Translations under genes and position numbers: made by a program
Notes under the pieces: model-generated
What the model was told of the DNA's origin: nothing
Database searches by the model: none
What the model saw: only the letters and a program-made list of their open reading frames with translations
In this document: piece after piece, positions 57,590 through 64,000 of the stretch
Numbering within the stretch: the stretch's first letter is position 1
How the letters are laid out: every line of letters starts with the position of its first letter
Virus record (IMG/VR): IMGVR_UViG_3300009158_000043
Source of the DNA: an uncultured virus (IMG/VR IMGVR_UViG_3300009158_000043)
Taxonomy: Duplodnaviria > Heunggongvirae > Uroviricota > Caudoviricetes
DNA: 64,000 nucleotides
Direction: 5' to 3' (one strand)

Positions 57590-57900
57590 TATTTCTCTAA
57601 ATTTTGAATCTCTTTATCAATCTCAGATTGTCGATTAACATCAAGTATTTTACGGTCAGTTGATTGAATCATTCTTTTTTCAGTCTTTAACCCTTCAATA
57701 GTCAGCATTTTTTGAATATCGGTCTTTGGCACAATATTCGAAATAATAATTGAATCGTTTGATTTAATAGTATTTGTTAACTCTGCATTTGTTTTATCAA
57801 GTCTACTATTTGTTGAGCAGGTTTTGAAAAAAATAATTATTACAAGTGGTAACATTATACGATGTGCCCAAGTGTCTAAAAAGGTGAAAATTTTATTCAT
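57589..57900 (-). CDS. Membrane-anchored coiled-coil protein, spanin-like
   Basis: Hydrophobic segment ending FKTC, then coiled coil. Confidence 0.6.
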   Translation of the reverse strand: MNKIFTFLDTWAHRIMLPLVIIIFFKTCSTNSRLDKTNAELTNTIKSNDSIIISNIVPKTDIQKMLTIEGLKTEKRMIQSTDRKILDVNRQSEIDKEIQNLEK

Positions 57901-57936
57901 CTTGTTTCTTTTTATTATTTATTTAACTGGAAGGTA

Positions 57937-58398
57937 CTAAAATAGCCAGAGTGCTAGGCCAATTAAAATTAGTGCAAGGGTTGAAAAGTATGAAACTGCA
58001 TATACTAGGACAGGGCGTTTATACTTTTTGTAGTCGAATGTGATTTGTAGAATATATCCATAATACTCTTCATTTTTAATCCTGTCATACTCAACTTTAA
58101 CTGAATCAAGTATTCCCTCCTTAGTTAGGAATTCAGTATATTTTTTCATTCGATCACTAATCATTTTAAGCTCAACTGATTCAGATGATGTTTCTGAATA
58201 CATTAATATCTCAGGATTAAGATTTACACCAATATATAAATTGGAATCAGCATCTACTAAAAGACCGATTGCATCTAACTTGCCATCTTTTTGTAGTTCA
58301 GCAATTATTGATTTGTACTTTGCAAATCGGGCTAAGTCTTCAAGACAGCCTTGAAGACTTTTAAAAATTTTTACTGGGTTGATTTTGTCTAAGATCAT
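57937..58398 (-). CDS. Hypothetical protein with C-terminal TM
   Basis: 153-aa ORF. Confidence 0.7.
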   Translation of the reverse strand: MILDKINPVKIFKSLQGCLEDLARFAKYKSIIAELQKDGKLDAIGLLVDADSNLYIGVNLNPEILMYSETSSESVELKMISDRMKKYTEFLTKEGILDSVKVEYDRIKNEEYYGYILQITFDYKKYKRPVLVYAVSYFSTLALILIGLALWLF

Positions 58399-59021
58399 AT
58401 TATTGTTCGTATTTTTTCTTCGAGATCAGGATTGTCTTTAATTACTGCTTCTCGAATATCTACTCGAATTTTGCGAAGTTTGGTCTTCACAGTATTTTCA
58501 TTCATTTTATAGTCGGTCGCAATTTGTCTAACCTTTTTATTTTTTATCATCTTATCGATTGCGATGTTTTTCATCGTCTCATCGTTAATATTATAAATTT
58601 CAGCAAGGGTCTTTGCATATATCTCTTCCACGTCAAGGTGGTATGATTGTGTTATTTCAAAATCATCGGCTTTATCTACTTTCTGATAAAGATCATCAAT
58701 ATCAAGATGGGTATGCTTTTTCTTATGGTAGAGGTAATATAGGGTCTCATTTCTAGCGATCGTGTAGATCCATGTAGTAAATCTGCCTTTTTCGAATTTA
58801 AACTGTGCGACATTTTTAAAGATACGTTTAAGACTATATTGTAGTGCTTCTTCTGTATCAAATTCATTTTTACAGAATTTCCACACGAAAAATTTTAATT
58901 TTGGATAAATTAGAGAAGCTAGCTCATTTCGCTCAACTTCAGTAATTGCATCTGTTAATAATTTTTCAGAAATTTCTTTTATTCTTAGATTGACTCGTTC
59001 ATTGATTTCGTCGTATCCCAT
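58395..59021 (-). CDS. ECF-type sigma factor
   Basis: [25 protein letters not shown]...[14 protein letters not shown]. Confidence 0.88.
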   Translation of the reverse strand: MGYDEINERVNLRIKEISEKLLTDAITEVERNELASLIYPKLKFFVWKFCKNEFDTEEALQYSLKRIFKNVAQFKFEKGRFTTWIYTIARNETLYYLYHKKKHTHLDIDDLYQKVDKADDFEITQSYHLDVEEIYAKTLAEIYNINDETMKNIAIDKMIKNKKVRQIATDYKMNENTVKTKLRKIRVDIREAVIKDNPDLEEKIRTII

Positions 59022-59022
59022 A

Positions 59023-59334
59023 TTATTTTATTACTACCTCGGCGTTATTTTTTAACTCGTTAATTACATTTAAGCACAACTGACATTTTTCATAGGCTTC
59101 TGACTTTTCATAGAAGGAGATCGCGTTCTCAAGACCACTAATAAATTTATCACGACTCAAGTTGACAGTATAGTCAACCGCATTGATTGTAATATTGATT
59201 ACCGTGATCTCATGAATTGCAGGATCTCGATAGTTTGCACAAATAGATTCTACAACTTTATCATAAATTGTAATTCGATGAAGATTAAAAACTTCTTCAA
59301 GCGTAATATCACCATTGAATTTGAGGGATGTCAT
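59023..59334 (-). CDS. Hypothetical protein
   Basis: 103 aa ending with EAYEKC motif. Confidence 0.7.
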   Translation of the reverse strand: MTSLKFNGDITLEEVFNLHRITIYDKVVESICANYRDPAIHEITVINITINAVDYTVNLSRDKFISGLENAISFYEKSEAYEKCQLCLNVINELKNNAEVVIK

Positions 59335-59388
59335 ACTCTGTTTTTTTTTATATTTGTGTTGGTTCTATCCTATAATACTATAAAATAG

Positions 59389-61365
59389 TTAATCTTTAAA
59401 AAATCTATCCTTTATTTTTTTCATATGTTCCATGGATTCCATATCAAACACATTAGATTGAACTTTAGGTCCGTCGCCAGATGCAGGTGCAGTACTGTTT
59501 AATCGACGTAGCTCATCAAAATTATACAAACTCTTTTTATTATTTTCACGATAGACGTTAAATATTTTTTCTTCGAGTTCTTTTCGATATTCAGCTGGAG
59601 CATTCTCAAACGTCTCAATTCCTATATCCCAGAACTGTGTCGAGTCGAAAAATGGTGCAATATTTATGCAGGTCATAGCTAAATCATCATTTCCATTTTG
59701 ACCACGATATGCGCCGCCTTTAGTTTTACCAAATGACATAAGTTCCATGAAAGTTAAATATTCGTTTGGAATAATCTTATTAATTGTAACTAGATGTTTA
59801 AATCGTTCGCAATATTTAATTTTATTTGTTGGCCCAAGTCGTAATCCGATCTTTGGAACAACTGCCATTTCAGTATGTTTAGTATGAACAAATTGTCCCG
59901 TCCAGTATTCAGAATTATCTGCACATCTTGAGTGAACGATCTCACCTTTATGATTCATCTCCAGGACTATTCTAACTTTGCTAGGATTAAATATTCGATA
60001 GATGATAAATTCAGCAGCAGCTGCAAATTGAGTAACATCAAGTTCATTTGTTCTAAATGTTCCAATTTGAACTAGTGAAATTGCATCTAATTCGTTTCGA
60101 ACAGCATCCTTCTTCTTTAAGAGTTCAGAAACTGGCATCGCAACTACTTTGTAAATATTTAAAACTGAATAGTCGCCGCCAACTCCATCTGCAGTATCAA
60201 TACTGAATAGGTAATTTGCAGCATCATTCTTAAAGTCTGATAATTGACGCTTTACGTATCTAGGATGCAATTTTAAGTGATCGTTAATATACATACGATC
60301 TTCATCTAGTGCAAAATTGGAGTTTTTATAGTCTACTCGGATATTATTTAATTTCTTAAGCTCATTTGAGCCAAGTAATAATTGATCTGACGAGAAGAAC
60401 TGAAGTCCATATTCCTGGTTAAAATCATCAATTGAACCGATATCAGCAATTGCGTCTTCTTTCCATTTTTCATCACGACCAGGTACTTGCCACCAGTCGA
60501 CTCGAAGGGCAACATAATTACTTCTATTTTCAATTGCATCAACCCAAATATCATGGAACTTGTTTTTACCATTTGGTGTAGATGTAATTATAATCTTTGA
60601 ATTAGGATCGGCAGAAATCGTTGGGAATATTGTACGATAAAACTCATCTAATTTTGCTTGGTCAATATGCGCAAACTCATCAATATACAATAAGTTAACG
60701 GTTAAACCGATACCTGATTTTTTAGTGGTTGTTCTACCAACAACACGACTATCATTATCAAATTTTATATTACCGGTATTGACATGTTTAATACCAGGTT
60801 TCATAAAGAATGGAAGATTGTCTAATGAAATTCTGAACTTATCTAATAATTCTCGAGTAGTTGTAAAATTATCTGCAACAAGTAGTGCAGTTTTTTCTGC
60901 ATGGAATAGAGTAAACCATAAGATAAAGATAGCAGAAGTCACAGATTTACCAATCTGACGACTTGCCATTAAGATACTATATTTGTTTCCTTGGAATGAA
61001 AGTAGAATTTGTTCTTGAAAATCGCGTAACCCGCCGGCTTCTTTAATTAGTTTGACTCCATCATGCGTTTGAATAAAACAGTAATTATATGCGAAGTAAA
61101 TAATATCTTCTTTACATTTGGAAAGTTCTTGCCATTCATCTGGAGTATATTCAAACGGTAGATTTGCACGCTTGAGATTAATATCATTATCTCTGAATGG
61201 AGAATTATGTAATCCCTTAACATCTAACCCATTATCAATTTGATCTAATAATTTAGCGATGCGAACAGTCGTCCATATAGAACTATTTGTATCATCGTCG
61301 TCTCCGCTCATTCTGGAAATCTTACGTGATGTGAATGCACCCCTATTTGACATTATATCCTTCAT
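59389..61365 (-). CDS. terL: Terminase large subunit (T4 gp17-like)
   Basis: LRDFQ, SRQIGKS (Walker A), LLYIDEFAH (Walker B), ITSTPNG, IDTADGVGGDYS, NDDLAM. Confidence 0.95.
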   Translation of the reverse strand: MKDIMSNRGAFTSRKISRMSGDDDDTNSSIWTTVRIAKLLDQIDNGLDVKGLHNSPFRDNDINLKRANLPFEYTPDEWQELSKCKEDIIYFAYNYCFIQTHDGVKLIKEAGGLRDFQEQILLSFQGNKYSILMASRQIGKSVTSAIFILWFTLFHAEKTALLVADNFTTTRELLDKFRISLDNLPFFMKPGIKHVNTGNIKFDNDSRVVGRTTTKKSGIGLTVNLLYIDEFAHIDQAKLDEFYRTIFPTISADPNSKIIITSTPNGKNKFHDIWVDAIENRSNYVALRVDWWQVPGRDEKWKEDAIADIGSIDDFNQEYGLQFFSSDQLLLGSNELKKLNNIRVDYKNSNFALDEDRMYINDHLKLHPRYVKRQLSDFKNDAANYLFSIDTADGVGGDYSVLNIYKVVAMPVSELLKKKDAVRNELDAISLVQIGTFRTNELDVTQFAAAAEFIIYRIFNPSKVRIVLEMNHKGEIVHSRCADNSEYWTGQFVHTKHTEMAVVPKIGLRLGPTNKIKYCERFKHLVTINKIIPNEYLTFMELMSFGKTKGGAYRGQNGNDDLAMTCINIAPFFDSTQFWDIGIETFENAPAEYRKELEEKIFNVYRENNKKSLYNFDELRRLNSTAPASGDGPKVQSNVFDMESMEHMKKIKDRFFKD

Positions 61366-61370
61366 GGTCC

Positions 61371-62102
61371 TTAAATTATTTCAGTAAGATCGATGAAATC
61401 GTCAGTGTCGTCTTGTTCGATCTCAATATTGTGTTCTTTCATGAGATCCGATTTATTATTAGGATTAATTAGATTACCCGATACTTTCCCTTTCTGACGA
61501 TCTTGGGAAGCGACAGGTAAACTTTTTGTAACGTTTTTAGTTCCTACTGTAATAAAGAACTGGCCTTCCTCTGGACTTGAGCCGACCTTTTGTGTATCTT
61601 CGTTTACTGGTTTATCGCGGTTTAATTTTTGATATGTGTCTTCTAAGAAGATGATGTAATTTGCCTGCATCTTAGTTACTGCAGCCATTTTATCTTGTAA
61701 TTGCCCCATGACCTCGATTAGTCGAGGATGAGTATTACCTGAAGTTATTTCTTCCATCACTTTAATGATGGTGATTTTAATAGTCTTCAGCTGAAAGAAT
61801 AAGTTCGAAATGTTAATAGTATCGAGTTCTTTCTTGTGTTTTGCGTAGTCACTCTCTTCAAAAATTCCAATATCTACGTAATTTTTAAATAGCGAATTAG
61901 TTATTTCGCGAGCTTTTTTCGTGAACTGACTGCTCATTTCCTCAAAGTCATATGGACTTTCCGTCTTAGTCTCATTGGAAATCTCAGAATCTATAACTAA
62001 ATCATTTTGATTTTCATTACCTATTGAACCCAATAGTGCCTGTATTTCGTCTTTTAAATGTCTTCTATTCTCTTTGTCGATTCCGCCTTGTTTATTTGAC
62101 AT
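61371..62102 (-). CDS. Hypothetical protein, terminase small subunit candidate
   Basis: Directly upstream of terL; HPRLIEVMGQL resembles the T4 gp16 motif. Confidence 0.55.
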   Translation of the reverse strand: MSNKQGGIDKENRRHLKDEIQALLGSIGNENQNDLVIDSEISNETKTESPYDFEEMSSQFTKKAREITNSLFKNYVDIGIFEESDYAKHKKELDTINISNLFFQLKTIKITIIKVMEEITSGNTHPRLIEVMGQLQDKMAAVTKMQANYIIFLEDTYQKLNRDKPVNEDTQKVGSSPEEGQFFITVGTKNVTKSLPVASQDRQKGKVSGNLINPNNKSDLMKEHNIEIEQDDTDDFIDLTEII

Positions 62103-62106
62103 GAAA

Positions 62107-62352
62107 TTACTTTATTTTATTTTCATACTTGTCTAATGCTGGATTTGCGTGTATTTTAATCTGTTTTACTGCTTCGACCCATTCATAAACGATGCTATCG
62201 ATACTTGACAAGTATGAAGTTAACGTGGCATTCACGTTAAACATTTGTGAGGATAACGTACGCTTAAGTATTTGGCCTTTGTAATTGAACCCAGTGTGAA
62301 GACGTTTTTCACGTCTTTCAAGAATAGGTCTAAATATGCTGTTTTTTACCAT
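62107..62352 (-). CDS. Hypothetical protein
   Basis: 81-aa ORF. Confidence 0.65.
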   Translation of the reverse strand: MVKNSIFRPILERREKRLHTGFNYKGQILKRTLSSQMFNVNATLTSYLSSIDSIVYEWVEAVKQIKIHANPALDKYENKIK

Positions 62353-62353
62353 T

Positions 62354-64000
62354 TTAGTATGATGTTTTTGGTCGAGGTACTATTGATTTTATTTGAATAT
62401 TTACTGAGCCTAGACCTTCTTCTGAAAGTCCAGCAGAGTATGCATTTCCAAAACGATCTGAGAATCCTCCTCGAATTAATGGAAGTTCAGCGTCGATTGT
62501 CACAATATCATTAAATTCATCAAGTCCTGTGTCTACTGCATTTGGATTTGCAATTTTTGCAAGTTCATTCTTCTGTGAAACGAGGTTGACTGATACTGAA
62601 TCGACTCCATTTACCCCTTCGATAATTTTAATTAAATCACTCTTTGGAACACGATTTCTACGAGTATTTTGAATAAAGAACGTGCCTAATGCATTTAATA
62701 TATCGCGTTTAATAATATCAGTGTCAATATCGTCAAATACGATAACTGACGTATTAATAACATAATTACTAGGAATCGGATCAAGTATCTTAATATCAGT
62801 TGAAATAAGTTTTGATCCAGATTTTTCAATATATCTAAGAAGTTCGTTCTTTTGATAGTCAGTTAGGATAAATCGGGCAAGGTCAGCATTAAAGTAATCT
62901 TGGCCAGTACTAAAGGTTTTTCTAATATCTGGAATCAAGAATAGATTAAGTACACGGTTATCGACTGCATCAAGAAATACAGTGATAACTGAGAATAGTT
63001 TAAGTTTTCGAAGTAAGACTTCATAATGATCAGCATTAACTAGAGCAAAGCTTTTTGACATTCTTGGAGCAATAAGTCGAGTTAAGTTAGAATCTTCAGG
63101 ATTTGACCCAAAAAATGGCGGATGTGTTGTTATAACATCAATATAGTCATTTAGATTAATTTCATCGCCTAAAATACTAAAACCGGTATCGATGAATTCA
63201 AATTGAACTTTACCTGGATCATTTGTTCTAATATTTCCATTTGCTCCCTCAGTAACAAGATATTCTACTGAGATATCTGAACCGAAACTTGGAATTTTGC
63301 CATAATTGCCGTTTCCAAAATAAAGATCGATTCCGCTAGTTATTCCAGTTTTAACCATGTATGCATTATCGCCCCTAGGCATGTCTAACATAGAATCATA
63401 TTTGGTCCATTTTTCACCATTTACATAAACATTTACATAGAAATTATCTACATAGAAATTTTGTGGGCTACCGATTGAGAAACTATCGATTGCGACACCC
63501 TTTGCGGTAACTGTCTGAGTTTCAACGACTCCTTGACGAATTTGTAATTTCGTACCATTATCCTTGCCGCTAAATGAAAATTTAACTTCATCTTGTGGAA
63601 GATCTAAGATATATGTTAGTCCATTATTTAGACAGCGCAGCCTGGTTAAATTTGGAACAATTACAAAATCATATTGTGCGTCAACTGCAGCTACGTTCGT
63701 AGAAAGCTTTATCTCACCGATTGCTGAGACTGCACGACTTGCATTGTGGCCAGTAAGACTGGCTAATGAATAAACTGAGGTTAATCGAGTTGCTTCATTT
63801 ATATTAAGTTCAGTAATTGCATCTTCAATATAGTAGAAAACCAGCTGAGTTAAATTCTCTACAACTAAGAGTAATTGTCCGAAAGGTGACGCTGCCGTGA
63901 AAACTACACGGTTCTGATCAAATTTACTGGTTAAGTAATTTATTGACTGACCGAGTATATCCTCGACATAAATGCTAAGTCGTGTAAAGACTTTAAAATT
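62354..64000 (-). CDS. Baseplate wedge protein (T4 gp6-like), 5' end beyond the window
   Basis: Frame appears open to the window edge; LYFGNGNYGKIP..VEYLVTEGANGN; ASPFGQLL. Confidence 0.75.
   Translation of the reverse strand, partial: NFKVFTRLSIYVEDILGQSINYLTSKFDQNRVVFTAASPFGQLLLVVENLTQLVFYYIEDAITELNINEATRLTSVYSLASLTGHNASRAVSAIGEIKLSTNVAAVDAQYDFVIVPNLTRLRCLNNGLTYILDLPQDEVKFSFSGKDNGTKLQIRQGVVETQTVTAKGVAIDSFSIGSPQNFYVDNFYVNVYVNGEKWTKYDSMLDMPRGDNAYMVKTGITSGIDLYFGNGNYGKIPSFGSDISVEYLVTEGANGNIRTNDPGKVQFEFIDTGFSILGDEINLNDYIDVITTHPPFFGSNPEDSNLTRLIAPRMSKSFALVNADHYEVLLRKLKLFSVITVFLDAVDNRVLNLFLIPDIRKTFSTGQDYFNADLARFILTDYQKNELLRYIEKSGSKLISTDIKILDPIPSNYVINTSVIVFDDIDTDIIKRDILNALGTFFIQNTRRNRVPKSDLIKIIEGVNGVDSVSVNLVSQKNELAKIANPNAVDTGLDEFNDIVTIDAELPLIRGGFSDRFGNAYSAGLSEEGLGSVNIQIKSIVPRPKTSY

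Overview
This window is part of a large (jumbo-type) myovirus-like phage genome. The likely host is a Bacteroidota (Flavobacteria-like) bacterium: translation starts are A-rich without Shine-Dalgarno sites, early promoters resemble TAnnTTTG, and the phage encodes bS21 and a DUF4494-like gene. Layout: (1) 1-4.6 kb, modular early-gene cassettes and a GC-rich repeat block at a strand switch; (2) 4.7-19.5 kb, mostly late or head-associated genes, plus a sigma70 factor, ClpP, M28 peptidase and GH73 glucosaminidase; (3) 19.5-29.7 kb, a minus-strand RNA island with about 27 full-length tRNA genes, 2 broken tRNA-Lys, 3 homing-type endonucleases, an McrA-like HNH gene, a Ro60/TROVE gene and six Y-RNA-like RNAs; (4) 30.6-32.4 kb, a decaying two-target diversity-generating retroelement (DGR); (5) 34-64 kb, DNA ligase, peptidoglycan hydrolase, NUDIX, bS21, a glycosyltransferase/MBD4/FkbM trio, an ECF sigma factor, terminase large subunit and baseplate genes. 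The best candidate for an undescribed system is the Ro60 locus. Six RNAs share one covarying stem motif (TRGYAA..GTTACTTC); five carry permuted or rearranged tRNA-like modules, and a seventh RNA looks like the unpermuted, CCA-ended version. The RNA island appears to be controlled by leader-peptide attenuators and boxA-like sites. All protein calls come from motif recognition by eye; no searches were run.
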